Assembly: GCA_043820675.1 (NCBI GenBank)
Contig: JBDRDM010000079.1
Span: forward strand, 1 to 36,394
Origin: Candidatus Micrarchaeota archaeon
Lineage (GTDB): Archaea > Micrarchaeota > Micrarchaeia > Norongarragalinales > SBBD01
DNA: 36,394 bases
Direction: 5' to 3'
The position numbers and the translations under genes were made by a program. The number at the start of each line of letters is the position of its first letter. Position 1 is the stretch's first letter. The notes under the pieces are model-generated. The model made no database searches. It was given only the letters and a program-made list of their open reading frames with translations, and was not told the origin of the DNA. This document shows positions 9,761 through 19,645 of the stretch, one piece after another.

Positions 9761-10273
9761 GTGGTTATGCCAATTGCGCGTATGGATGAATGGGCGGAGG
9801 GAGCTGGCCAAAATAGGAAAAACCATTTCAGCATCAAGATAGGCTATGGTGTGGCGCATCCGGATGTTCGGAAGGAACTACTCGCGATATCGACTGGTAG
9901 GCGGAAAAAATACACTTTAAGGGCAATTGAGAAGGCGGCAATGTTTGCATCCCTTGGTATGCCCGCTGCGGCCATTGCGGGCACGGGGATGCGGCATAGG
10001 GCGAATGAAAAAAATTCCCAAATAATGGTTTCCCTCAATACAATTGCTCAAAGGCTCAAAACCGGAGAACTCCTAAATCCCAAACTGCATGGGCGGGAGG
10101 CCGAGGAGGGAAGGATATTTGCCCTCCTGAAAAAGCACAGCCTTCTTCACCCCCACTTTTATGTGCGCACCTTGGGTAAAAAATTGATAATCACTTCGAA
10201 ACCCTCCGAAAAACGGCTGCAGGCTCTCACCCATTTGAGGGGGATAGCAAGGCCCCAAAGGCCTGTTTTATGA
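9761..10273 (+). CDS. hypothetical basic protein (paralogue of the downstream ORF)
   Basis: Fills the gap after a TATA-like box. Shares a C-terminal motif (FYVRTLGKKLIITSKP) with the next ORF. Start may be ATG 9767. Confidence 0.6.
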   Translation: MVMPIARMDEWAEGAGQNRKNHFSIKIGYGVAHPDVRKELLAISTGRRKKYTLRAIEKAAMFASLGMPAAAIAGTGMRHRANEKNSQIMVSLNTIAQRLKTGELLNPKLHGREAEEGRIFALLKKHSLLHPHFYVRTLGKKLIITSKPSEKRLQALTHLRGIARPQRPVL

Positions 10274-10361
10274 TTATTTGCATGCCCGAAAATTTTTAGT
10301 CATTTTGTTAAACACCAATCCGTCCCTAATATTCTTATATTCTCCCGTTGTTCATTGGTGC

Positions 10362-10865
10362 ATGGCCAAGGAATTGGTGAGTATACGCTCTTCTGAGGCA
10401 CGTGGCCAAGCCGGTTTCGAGGCACGTTTCCACAAGGACGCTCTTGCGAAGCACCTTCAAGAGAAAATAACAGAATTCGAGCGCTTGAAACATAAAAAAA
10501 CCGCGGCAAATGCCTCCTCTATAGCCCTGGGTTCGTCTGCTGTTTTGGCATCGGCAATTCATCTGGCGCTGGGAACTGGCACGCTAGCATTGGCGCTTTC
10601 CCAAAGGAAAAGGGCGAGAACATTGGCTGAAAAGATGCATGAGAATATGGGTTTATTCCCAGCGCGTATTCACAATAGTTCGAATTTTTTTGGCCGCAAT
10701 TACCCAAATCGCCACAGGGATTGGAAGGAGTTCGAAAAGGCAATAAGGTCGCTTCCATCGGGGACCCAGCTGTATGTGGGCATAGTTGGCAAGGAATTAG
10801 TCATTTCGAACAAACCGCCCCATTGGCGATTTTTCACTAATTTTGGCCAGGTGCGTGTTAGCTAA
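10362..10865 (+). CDS. hypothetical basic protein with central hydrophobic segment
   Basis: Probable ATG at 10362 (MAKELV). C-terminal LYVGIVGKELVISNKP resembles the upstream ORF. Confidence 0.6.
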   Translation: MAKELVSIRSSEARGQAGFEARFHKDALAKHLQEKITEFERLKHKKTAANASSIALGSSAVLASAIHLALGTGTLALALSQRKRARTLAEKMHENMGLFPARIHNSSNFFGRNYPNRHRDWKEFEKAIRSLPSGTQLYVGIVGKELVISNKPPHWRFFTNFGQVRVS

Positions 10866-11513
10866 TCAAAATCTTTGCCGTAGGGCGGCCTTGATGATCC
10901 GTGCTTCCGCTTTCCGGATGTGCTCTCGAAAAGTGCTCTCATCCACGCCTTCCTTTCCAGCAATTTGCTCCGCGGAGATTTTCCTTGGGAATTCGTAGTA
11001 GCCAAGCAAGGCCGCTTTCTTGATTGCCGCCCTTTGCTTTTCCGAAAGGTGCTCGAACACATTGGGAAGGAACATGTCAACCGGCTCTTCATGAAGAGAA
11101 ATCAGCCAGATTTTAACGCCACTCATTTTTGCAATGCGCTTTTCCAAATCATGCAAGTTTTTCTTGCTCCATGAGGCGATCGTCCAAAACTCAAAGCCGC
11201 CTTTTCCGATGATGGGCTTAATGAAAATCACTTCCGAATTCATGACCTGCGCGTTGAAGGCGTCCATCCCCTCGTGCTGGTAAAACACCTGGTTTCCCTC
11301 GACAGTCCGGACCTTGCTTCCCATGTGAGAGACCAATAATTTAATGTAACCCTCCTTATCGGCCCCCTGTACCAGCGAAACCTTGTTCACGAATGCCTTG
11401 CCTTTGTGGCTGTAAACATTTAGGTAATAGGAGGCGACCACTACATCGAACTTTGCGGTTGCCGCTATCAGGACGGATTTTTCCCTCTTGATTTTGAGCT
11501 CTGCGATCCACAT
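10866..11513 (-). CDS. HTH_10 (bacterio-opsin activator-like C-terminal HTH) transcriptional regulator
   Basis: LSEKQRAAIKKAALLGYYEFPRKISAEQIA...STFREHIRKAEARI is the HTH_10 consensus. The N-terminal part is a probable sensor domain. Confidence 0.9.
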   Translation of the reverse strand: MWIAELKIKREKSVLIAATAKFDVVVASYYLNVYSHKGKAFVNKVSLVQGADKEGYIKLLVSHMGSKVRTVEGNQVFYQHEGMDAFNAQVMNSEVIFIKPIIGKGGFEFWTIASWSKKNLHDLEKRIAKMSGVKIWLISLHEEPVDMFLPNVFEHLSEKQRAAIKKAALLGYYEFPRKISAEQIAGKEGVDESTFREHIRKAEARIIKAALRQRF

Positions 11514-11543
11514 ATTTACGCGCCAAGCAGTCTGATTTACCGA

Positions 11544-12977
11544 TCAAACCTCAATTATCCTAACTTGCCCCTTTTTTGAATCGACCTCCAACAATTCCCC
11601 ATCGTGGAATGTTACGGTTGCAATTTCCGTTCCTACGATGCAGGGTATTTTAAGTTCCCGGCAGGTTATTGCCGCATGGGAGGTTATGCCGCCTTCGTCC
11701 GTTACGAGCGCTGCGCATCTCCGCAGGTAAGGCACGAAGTCCTGCCTTGTCATGGATGTCACCATCACATCCCCCCGCCTAATTTTCATAAGGTCCTTGT
11801 TGGTGTTGACAATCCTTGCCGGGCCCGTCGCGGCGCCCTTGGATCCGGCCCTGCCCATAAGGCATCCGGTTCCTTGGCGATTACTATTGCCAAGTTCAAG
11901 GCGCGCAATCCTTGCCGCTTCCGTTCCCCCGAAAATTTTCACCTCCTCGCCATCCTGGATTATCAGCCATTCCTTCCTGCGGTTGCGGATTACTTTTATT
12001 GTTGGCGCCTTACCGTTTTCCAGGAATTTTACAATCTCATCGTTTGTTAGCAGATTCGTTTCCTCAATGCCAAGATGCGCCCTCCTCCCAATTTCCAGGT
12101 ACAGTCTGCGCGCATGGAAATTGACCTTTTGCCTTAGCATGTCGCGGTAATCCCTCAAGTGGATCATTTCTGAATAAAATTCAAGAAGAGCAGCCAAGCT
12201 CCGTGTGGGCCTTAATTCCAAAATCGCCCGTTCATATTTCCCTTTCCTGCTTTCGTATGCGGCAGCCAGTTCCCTTAATTCCTTCCTTGGCTCCCTGATT
12301 CTCGAAATTTCCCCTTGAAAATGCGCTTTCGAAAAAGGTTCATGGTCGAAACCGTACATCGGCATATGGGTGAATTTTTCCGTGTGGGCTTCAATTAGCT
12401 CTTCGAATTCCCCCTTTCCGACCTTCCCCCTCAGGGATGCAATTTTCAAGGCATCCATTCTCTCCTCCTGAATATTGCTTAATCCCAAGGGGAAGGAGAA
12501 GATATTCAATAACCGGGCCGTTTTACCTTTGTTGTTTGTGGTTTCCTGCAGCTTTTTTTCAATTGCGGCCTCAAGCGGGTGGCTGATGCGGTAAACCATC
12601 CACATCCTTGCATAAAAAGAGGGCTGCATTTCCAGCACGAATTTCCTGAACAGTTTGGAGAGTCCGCGGTTGCTAATCCCTTGCAGATCGCCTGAAAATG
12701 ACCTTTCACTCCATGTTTCCGCCATCTCCAGGAATTGCCTGGCCTTTGGGCATGCGGTCTTTAAGAAACCCCCTCTATTGATCAGCCTTTCCAATTGGGC
12801 ATTGAACTTCCCGTATTCCTTCGCATCGACAAAGTAGTCGGTTGATTTTCCATTGAAATGCTGGAGCGTCCTGGAAATTGAGGTGCCGAAGTGCTTTTCG
12901 AAGGGATTCCCAAAACCCAAATTCCATGCAATAGCCATCTGGGGTGCGAGCCTGCGCGTGTTGATTTTTATCCACAT
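11544..12977 (-). CDS. PEP-utilizer mobile domain protein, paralogue 5
   Basis: C-terminal ALVTDEGGITSHAAITCRELKIPCIVGT. Probable ATG at 12977 (MWIKINTR). Confidence 0.85.
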   Translation of the reverse strand: MWIKINTRRLAPQMAIAWNLGFGNPFEKHFGTSISRTLQHFNGKSTDYFVDAKEYGKFNAQLERLINRGGFLKTACPKARQFLEMAETWSERSFSGDLQGISNRGLSKLFRKFVLEMQPSFYARMWMVYRISHPLEAAIEKKLQETTNNKGKTARLLNIFSFPLGLSNIQEERMDALKIASLRGKVGKGEFEELIEAHTEKFTHMPMYGFDHEPFSKAHFQGEISRIREPRKELRELAAAYESRKGKYERAILELRPTRSLAALLEFYSEMIHLRDYRDMLRQKVNFHARRLYLEIGRRAHLGIEETNLLTNDEIVKFLENGKAPTIKVIRNRRKEWLIIQDGEEVKIFGGTEAARIARLELGNSNRQGTGCLMGRAGSKGAATGPARIVNTNKDLMKIRRGDVMVTSMTRQDFVPYLRRCAALVTDEGGITSHAAITCRELKIPCIVGTEIATVTFHDGELLEVDSKKGQVRIIEV

Positions 12978-13070
12978 CTCATCCACTTGAGCAATTCGGC
13001 AAAATCCATCCGCTTTCTTCACAAAAAGCAAATTGATGTAATTTCATTCCTTGATCCTTCATCCGGTAAT

Positions 13071-15212
13071 TTAACAACCATGCTTCCCCCTGACAAACAG
13101 CCCGATCACTTCCGGCAAAAGCAGGTGCTCTTCTTTTAGGACCCTATCCGCGAGCCTCTCGGGAGTGTCCCCTTCAAAAACCGGCACCTTCCGCTGGCCG
13201 ATGATTGGCCCGCCGTCCACTTCCTCGGTGACGGTGTGCACGGTGCACCCGGATTCCTTCTCGCCGGCCCTTATCACTTCCTCGTGGCACTTAAGGCCCA
13301 TGCAACCCTTGAATTTTGGCAGCAGAGTCGGGTGGATGTTGATTATGCGGTCCTTGTAAGCATCGAGAAGCGTTTTTCCGACAATGCGCATATAGCCGGC
13401 AAGAACTATCAAATCAACGTTCCGCTCGTGCAAATGCCTAAGGATTTCCGCCTCATATGCTTCCTTGCAATGGAATTTCCCAGGATCGATGTGCGCGAAT
13501 TCGATGCCGTGCTTTTCCGCCCTCCTCAATGCCTGTGCATCCTGCCTGTCGCTGATTACGATCCCGACCCGTGCCCCCAATTTTTTATTCTCGATGTTAT
13601 CGATGATGCTCTGCAGGTTGCTGCCCCTCCCGGAAGCGAGAACCGCAATCGTGAAGGTTTTCCGATCCCCGTCGGTTTTCCTGCGCTGGGCATACTCGTG
13701 GATTTTCGTGGTCGGGTAGACGCCGGTTAGGCATGCCATGCAGTTGTCGTTTTCCGGAAGCGCCAGGGCGCTCTGCAAGGCATCGGTATCGTTGTATGTG
13801 ATGGAATCCGCTCCTATCTCGGAAGTGATCTGGGAGATGTTCCTATCGGCGGCAATGAGCTCTTTATATGTCGGGAAATCAATGCCCATAAAGCACGGGG
13901 ATATGACCGGCGGGCAGCTGACGAGCACGTGCACTTCCTTTGCGCCAGCTTCCCGGAGCATTTTCACGATCCTTTTCATCGTGTTGCCCCTGATGATGCT
14001 ATCGTCGACGATTGCGATCCGCTTCCCGGAAATGACGGATTTCACGGGGTTAAGTTTCAGTTTCAACAGGGCCTTGCGCTGCTCGTTGGCCGGCATGATG
14101 AACGTGCGGTGGATGTAGCGGTTCTTGATTAGGCCCTCCTCGTAGAGGGCGCCAGTAGCCCTGGCAAATCCCTTCGCGGTGGACCTTCCGGAATCGGGAA
14201 TCGGGATGATCACGTCGACCTCGTGCTTGAATACCTTGGCAAGCTCCTCCCCCAGCCTCACCCTTACATCGTAAACCGGCCTTCCCTCGATCACCGAGTC
14301 CGTCCTTGAAAAATAAACCCATTCGAACATGCAGTGGGCGTTCCTTTCATGGAATGGCTGGCGTGATTCAATCCGGTTGTTCCGAATGACGACGATTTCG
14401 CCGGGCATGATGTCGCGGTCGAATTGCGCATCCAGCGCATCAAGGGCGCACGTCTCGCTTGCAACGAATATCAGGTCGCTTACCAGTGTCTTTTTCCTTC
14501 CGATGCAAAAGGGCTTGAAGCCCTTGGGATCCCTTGCGGCAACGATGGTCCCATCGCTTACAAGGAGGGCGACCGAATACGCGCCTTCGAGCCTGCGCAT
14601 GACGCTTTCCATTGCCTTGAAATACGTATCTGTTGAGAAATCATGAGGCAATGCTTCGATCCCCCCCAAGGCCGTTTTATCCGGTCTGCTGCGCTTCCCG
14701 CTTGCCCCTGAATTTTTCAATTTGCCGTTTTCCCTTTTCTCATGCTGCATGAGCGCCTTGAGCTCTTTGGTGAACATCTTGACGATGAGCTCGGTGTCCG
14801 CCGAACAGCTAAAGGGCATCTGGTGAAGGTTCTCAAAATGGTTTTTCAGTTCCTCGTAATTTACGATATTGCCGTTGAAAGAGATGGCAACCTGGAGGCC
14901 GCGCTCCTTGTGGATCAGCGGCTGCGCGTTATCGATGGTGGAGCTTCCAGTTGTCGAGTACCTTACGTGCCCTATGCCCGCATTTCCCGCAAGCCTTTCG
15001 ATGTCTTCCGTAGTGAATATGTCTGAAACCAGCCCCATGTCCTTTTTTGTTGCGAGCTTGCCGTTTGCAACAACGGAAATTCCCGCGGATTCCTGGCCGC
15101 GGTGCTGCAGGGCGATAAGGCCATTGTAGATGTTGTATGGGACCTCTGCTGACTGGCCGCGTTCAGAATAGACGCCTATAACCCCACATTTCTCGCGGAC
15201 GTCTTCCCCCAT
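13071..15212 (-). CDS. purF: amidophosphoribosyltransferase fused to phosphoribosylglycinamide formyltransferase (PurF-PurN)
   Basis: PurF part: propeptide then CG, LQHRGQE, GHVRYST, VDDSIIRGNT and Fe-S cysteines. PurN part: VLASGRGSNL, LAGYMRI, INIHPTLLP, GCTVH, VDGGPII. One continuous frame. Confidence 0.92.
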   Translation of the reverse strand: MGEDVREKCGVIGVYSERGQSAEVPYNIYNGLIALQHRGQESAGISVVANGKLATKKDMGLVSDIFTTEDIERLAGNAGIGHVRYSTTGSSTIDNAQPLIHKERGLQVAISFNGNIVNYEELKNHFENLHQMPFSCSADTELIVKMFTKELKALMQHEKRENGKLKNSGASGKRSRPDKTALGGIEALPHDFSTDTYFKAMESVMRRLEGAYSVALLVSDGTIVAARDPKGFKPFCIGRKKTLVSDLIFVASETCALDALDAQFDRDIMPGEIVVIRNNRIESRQPFHERNAHCMFEWVYFSRTDSVIEGRPVYDVRVRLGEELAKVFKHEVDVIIPIPDSGRSTAKGFARATGALYEEGLIKNRYIHRTFIMPANEQRKALLKLKLNPVKSVISGKRIAIVDDSIIRGNTMKRIVKMLREAGAKEVHVLVSCPPVISPCFMGIDFPTYKELIAADRNISQITSEIGADSITYNDTDALQSALALPENDNCMACLTGVYPTTKIHEYAQRRKTDGDRKTFTIAVLASGRGSNLQSIIDNIENKKLGARVGIVISDRQDAQALRRAEKHGIEFAHIDPGKFHCKEAYEAEILRHLHERNVDLIVLAGYMRIVGKTLLDAYKDRIINIHPTLLPKFKGCMGLKCHEEVIRAGEKESGCTVHTVTEEVDGGPIIGQRKVPVFEGDTPERLADRVLKEEHLLLPEVIGLFVRGKHGC

Positions 15213-15305
15213 ACGCTCAACCCGCAATATCCAAATAAATCAGTCGGATGATATCTTTCGGGAATGCGCCTATTTTAACCTTTTGAACGCATTAAACCCG
15301 ATTTA

Positions 15306-17519
15306 TTATTGCATCCTCCTTTCGATTTCCCCCTCGAAATCATCCTTCATCGATGTTATCGCAAGGTCCACGAGCCGGTGCCTGCTGTCTGGGGAATCCA
15401 TTATGGTAAGGCGCCTTTCCAGCAACACCCTGCCAATATTGGTGATCTTTACGCCTTTTTCCTCCGCTAGCTTCGCGAGCTTTTGCGGCTCTTTTGTTGT
15501 CAGCACGAATCTCCCGTAGCTTTCTGAAAACAAGATGTCGTCGGGATCCATCCTTTTCCCCTTGGGGTGGAGCATGTTAAGGAACACCTGCGCGCCAAGG
15601 TTGCTGGCAATGCTCATCTCTGCAAGGGCAATTCCAAGTCCCCCCATGGATACGTCGTGGCATGCGCTTACGAGCTTGCGCCTGATGGCTTCATGCACAA
15701 GTGCCATGCCCGCCTTTTCGGCCTCGAAATTCGGGGCAGGAGGGATGCCGCCCTCAAGCCCGAAAATTGCCGAAAAATATTCGCTGCCACCTGTTTCGGG
15801 GGCGGTTTCGCCGATTACCATGATCGCATCGTCGGCGGATTTGAATTCCATCGTGCATATGTTGTCGAGGCTATCAAGAAGCCCCAGCATGACGACCACT
15901 GGTGCGGGCTTGATTGCCTTTCCCGACACATCATCCTCATTGTAAAATGACACGTTACCCCCTATAACCGGAATGCTTAGGGTTTTGAGCGCTTCTGCCA
16001 TGCCCTTCACGCTCTCGCAAAATTGCCAATAGACTTCCGGGTTGTTCGGATTTCCGAAATTGAGGTTGTCGGAAATTGCAAGCGGAATTCCGCCTACCGC
16101 CGTAATATTCCTTGCCGCCTCGAATACGGAGCCCGCAGAGCCGTTATATGGGTCGAGGAAGCAGTGCCGGAAATTGGTGTCGGTCTTAATGGCAATGCCC
16201 TTCTTGTCGCTTATTCGAAGCACCGCGCTGTCTGCCTGGCCGTCCTTGATGACAGTGCGGTCGCCCACCTCCGTGTCATATTGCCTGTAAATCCAATGGC
16301 GGCTTGCGATGTTTTCGCTTTTGAGGAGGGCCATCATTATGTCGTTGAGGTTTTGGGGCAGGTATGGCTTTTTTTGCTTAAGAAGGGCTTCGATATAATG
16401 GGGTTTTGTTGCGGGCAGGGTTAGTGTTGGCACTTCCGTCAATATCTCAATTGGCATATCCGCCATGCTCCTTCCATTTTCCTTAACCGCCAGCTTCCTA
16501 TCCTTCGTAAGTTTCCCTATTACTTTGTGCGCGAGGCCGTATTTTTCGAATATTTTCTCCAAGTGCTTGAGGTCCTTTGGCTGGCATGAAAACAGCATCC
16601 TTTCCTGGGACTCCGAAAGCATGATCTCAAATGCGGAAAGGGGTTCCCGCAAATGCACCTTGGCTACTTCGATTTCCGCCCCAAGGCCGCCCTTATAGGC
16701 CATTTCCGAAACTACGCACGTAAGGCCGCCCCCGCCAAAATCCTTGACGGCGCGGACCTTTCCGCTCTTTAGCGCTTCCAGGGTTGCCTCGATTATCATT
16801 TTTTTCAGGAACGGGTCTGGGATCTGCACCGCGGGCCTTTCATCCTCGCTTTTCCCATGCAGGTTCTTGCTTGCAAATGTCACGCCGTGGATGCCGTCCT
16901 TGCCTGTTGAGCTTCCAACCAGTACCAAAAGGTCCCCTGCCTCCTTGCCCTTGCCGTAGATGATTTTGTCGCGGTCGACAAGGCCAAAGCATGCGCAGTT
17001 GACAAGAACGTTGCGCTCATAGCAATGGTCAAAATTCGTCTCCCCGGCAACGGTGGCAATTCCCGTGCAGTTCCCGTAGTCCCCAATGCCCCTAACGACG
17101 TTATTCATGAGCCATCTCGAATGGGGTGAACTGAGCCTTCCAAAAAAGAGCGAATCCGTGAGTGCAATTGGCCTTGCCCCCACGGAAAGTATGTCCCGGA
17201 TTATCCCCCCAATGCCGGTTGCGGCGCCAGAATACGGATCGATTGCGGAAGGGTGGTTGTGCGTTTCCACCTTGAATGCGATGCACTGGTTGTCCCCGAT
17301 GTCCACGACTCCTGCGTCATATCCGGGGCCAAGGATAACCCGCTTGCCTTCTGTTGGGAGCAATTTGAGGAGATTCCGCGAACTCTTGTAGCTGCAGTGC
17401 TCGCTCCACATGATGTCGAGCATCCCCGCCTCCACTGCAGTTGGATCGCGGCCGAGCTTGCCAGTGATGTGCTTCATTTCCTCCTTAGTGAGGTCCACTT
17501 CAACTCCTGCGACTTTCAT
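15306..17519 (-). CDS. purL: phosphoribosylformylglycinamidine synthase subunit PurL
   Basis: MWSEHCSYKSS, KVETHNHPS, DFGGGGL, SESQERM and GGNVSFYN motifs. Confidence 0.97.
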   Translation of the reverse strand: MKVAGVEVDLTKEEMKHITGKLGRDPTAVEAGMLDIMWSEHCSYKSSRNLLKLLPTEGKRVILGPGYDAGVVDIGDNQCIAFKVETHNHPSAIDPYSGAATGIGGIIRDILSVGARPIALTDSLFFGRLSSPHSRWLMNNVVRGIGDYGNCTGIATVAGETNFDHCYERNVLVNCACFGLVDRDKIIYGKGKEAGDLLVLVGSSTGKDGIHGVTFASKNLHGKSEDERPAVQIPDPFLKKMIIEATLEALKSGKVRAVKDFGGGGLTCVVSEMAYKGGLGAEIEVAKVHLREPLSAFEIMLSESQERMLFSCQPKDLKHLEKIFEKYGLAHKVIGKLTKDRKLAVKENGRSMADMPIEILTEVPTLTLPATKPHYIEALLKQKKPYLPQNLNDIMMALLKSENIASRHWIYRQYDTEVGDRTVIKDGQADSAVLRISDKKGIAIKTDTNFRHCFLDPYNGSAGSVFEAARNITAVGGIPLAISDNLNFGNPNNPEVYWQFCESVKGMAEALKTLSIPVIGGNVSFYNEDDVSGKAIKPAPVVVMLGLLDSLDNICTMEFKSADDAIMVIGETAPETGGSEYFSAIFGLEGGIPPAPNFEAEKAGMALVHEAIRRKLVSACHDVSMGGLGIALAEMSIASNLGAQVFLNMLHPKGKRMDPDDILFSESYGRFVLTTKEPQKLAKLAEEKGVKITNIGRVLLERRLTIMDSPDSRHRLVDLAITSMKDDFEGEIERRMQ

Positions 17520-17548
17520 ATTTCCTCATCATATTGCAGGGATCCTTG

Positions 17549-18265
17549 CTATCCAACCCTCCTTCCCGTCAGGAATTCCCTCATGCTCTCAAACACAATT
17601 TGCGCCTTCTCGTTCCGGAATGGGCTAAGGATCCTTTCGGATGCCCTTTCCGGATGGGGCATAAGCCCAACGACGTTTCCCTCGAGGTTGCAGATTCCTG
17701 CGATGTTATCCAAAGAGCCGTTGGGATTCGCATCGGGCGATTCCCTGCCGTTTGGATCGCAGTACTTGAATACTACCTGGTCGTTGTCGTAAAGGGCCCT
17801 AAGGCCCGTTTGGCCTATGAAGTAATTCCCCTCCCCGTGGGCGGTTGGGGATTGGAAAATATCCCCGCGTGCGAATTTCTTGGAAAAAGCGCTCCTCGCA
17901 CTTATTACCTTCATGCTGATCCATTTGCAGATGAAGCGCGTGGATTCGTTCCTTAGAAGTGCGCCTGGCAGCAATTCCGCCTCTGTCAAAATCTGGAAGC
18001 CGTTGCAAATCCCAAGGATGGGCTTTTGCTCCCTGGCCATTTTCTTGATTTCGCGCATTGCGGGCGAATAGGCCGCGATTATGCCTGCGCGCAGCGCATC
18101 ACCGTACGAGAAACCCCCTGGCAATATTGCCGCCTCAAACCTGTTTTCCTTAAATTCCGTGTGCCAGACGAGCTCAGCATTAAGATGCATCACGTCTTTT
18201 AGTACGTGGTGGGCATCGAAATCGCAATTGCTCCCGGGGAATTGGATTATTGCTATTCTGGGCAT
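17549..18265 (-). CDS. purQ: FGAM synthase glutaminase subunit PurQ
   Basis: FPGSNCD, PGGFSYGD, GICNGFQ and MPHPER motifs. Start is 18265 or 18289. Confidence 0.96.
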   Translation of the reverse strand: MPRIAIIQFPGSNCDFDAHHVLKDVMHLNAELVWHTEFKENRFEAAILPGGFSYGDALRAGIIAAYSPAMREIKKMAREQKPILGICNGFQILTEAELLPGALLRNESTRFICKWISMKVISARSAFSKKFARGDIFQSPTAHGEGNYFIGQTGLRALYDNDQVVFKYCDPNGRESPDANPNGSLDNIAGICNLEGNVVGLMPHPERASERILSPFRNEKAQIVFESMREFLTGRRVG

Positions 18266-18313
18266 ATGCTTATCCCATCGTCCTACCATGTTGCCGTAAC
18301 GTCCAAATAGGCT

Positions 18314-18580
18314 TTACGTATGCTTCACTTCAATCGTGTGATTCTGCGCAACCGGATTTGCAAGCCGCAGCTCCTTGACCATCTTTTCCGCGGTTTCAAG
18401 GGCCTTCTTCTCGCTTGCGGCATTCAGTTTTACGCGCAGCACTTTGGCCATGCGCACTCCGCTGACCATTTCGAAGCCATGCCTTCTCATAAGGTCGGCT
18501 GCAATCACGCCGCCCTCCGGGTCCTTCAATACAGGCTTGCTTTCGATCGTGATCTCCACCAGGTATTCCTTGTCCGGCAT
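18314..18580 (-). CDS. purS: FGAM synthase subunit PurS
   Basis: KPVLKDPEG and LANPV motifs; located directly upstream of purQ. Confidence 0.93.
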   Translation of the reverse strand: MPDKEYLVEITIESKPVLKDPEGGVIAADLMRRHGFEMVSGVRMAKVLRVKLNAASEKKALETAEKMVKELRLANPVAQNHTIEVKHT

Positions 18581-18693
18581 GTCGCTCCCCCCGAAATATC
18601 AGAAAACTAGCAATGGTATAACAAAATGCGGGGTTAAATATCTTGCCCGGAAAGCAAAGGTATAAATATTGGAATTGAGAAAATGGGGGAAAA

Positions 18694-19584
18694 TCAGGGG
18701 ATCAGCTTCAAGTGCATCCCAATGGGCCTGCTTCTCATCACGAGATGGCTCAGGCTTACGAAATCCGCACCGGCCTTCAAGTAATCCTGCGCATTTTCAG
18801 GCGTGATCCCGCCGCTTGCCTCGATTAGGATATTTTTGTTTATTTTGCGGATGGATAGGGCGATGTGGGCGAATCTTCTTGGAGTTTGATTATCCACAAG
18901 AATTGCGTCCGCTCCCGTTATTGCGGCGGCGAGCGCTTCATCCATGCCCGTTACCTCCACCTCAACGAAATAATGCTTCTTCGTTTTTTTGCGATGGCAT
19001 ATTGCCTTTTCAACAGCATATTTGACCGCTTCTTCCGACCTCATTTTGCCCCTTTCCCTTAGCCATTCCAGGTGTGTATTTTTTATGAGATACCCATCCG
19101 AAAGATTCAACCTGTGTGCGAGCCCACCGCCGACCTGCACCGCCCGCTTTTCCGATAATGCCAGCAGTGGATGATTTTTTCGTATGGCAGCTACATTTCC
19201 CCTGCCCACCCGTTCGGCAAGACTCCTTGTTTGGGTTGCAATTCCGCTGAGCAATTGCAAGTAGTTGAGCATCGTCCTTTCCCTGCGCAATATTTCCTTG
19301 ATGTCCCCGCTCAAGAGCAATATTTCGGATCCTTTTGCAAAATTATCGCCTTCCTTGAGGCTGCAGGTGCATTGAAGTTTCCCCCTTGCGGCCATTGCTT
19401 CCACCAGCCCGCATAATATCCCTTGTTCCTCGGCAACAATTGCCGCCTTTGCACGTCCCTTCAATTCCAATGCCTTGGTTGTGATATCTGATTTGGAATC
19501 ATCCTCCAATGCCAATAAGGCGCGCTTGCCCATCTGTGCTTCGCTACCTGATAGATCCCTTGCAAAAATCTTTTCCTTCCCCAT
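18694..19584 (-). CDS. nadC: quinolinate phosphoribosyltransferase (nicotinate-nucleotide pyrophosphorylase)
   Basis: ALEDD..DITT, ERTMLNYLQLLSGIAT, HRLNLSD, EVEV, ILVDN and IEASGGI motifs. Confidence 0.88.
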   Translation of the reverse strand: MGKEKIFARDLSGSEAQMGKRALLALEDDSKSDITTKALELKGRAKAAIVAEEQGILCGLVEAMAARGKLQCTCSLKEGDNFAKGSEILLLSGDIKEILRRERTMLNYLQLLSGIATQTRSLAERVGRGNVAAIRKNHPLLALSEKRAVQVGGGLAHRLNLSDGYLIKNTHLEWLRERGKMRSEEAVKYAVEKAICHRKKTKKHYFVEVEVTGMDEALAAAITGADAILVDNQTPRRFAHIALSIRKINKNILIEASGGITPENAQDYLKAGADFVSLSHLVMRSRPIGMHLKLIP

Positions 19585-19645
19585 TATTCCCCCTTTTTTA
19601 GATTAAATCGAAATCATTAATAAAGAAGCATGGATTCATCCTTCC

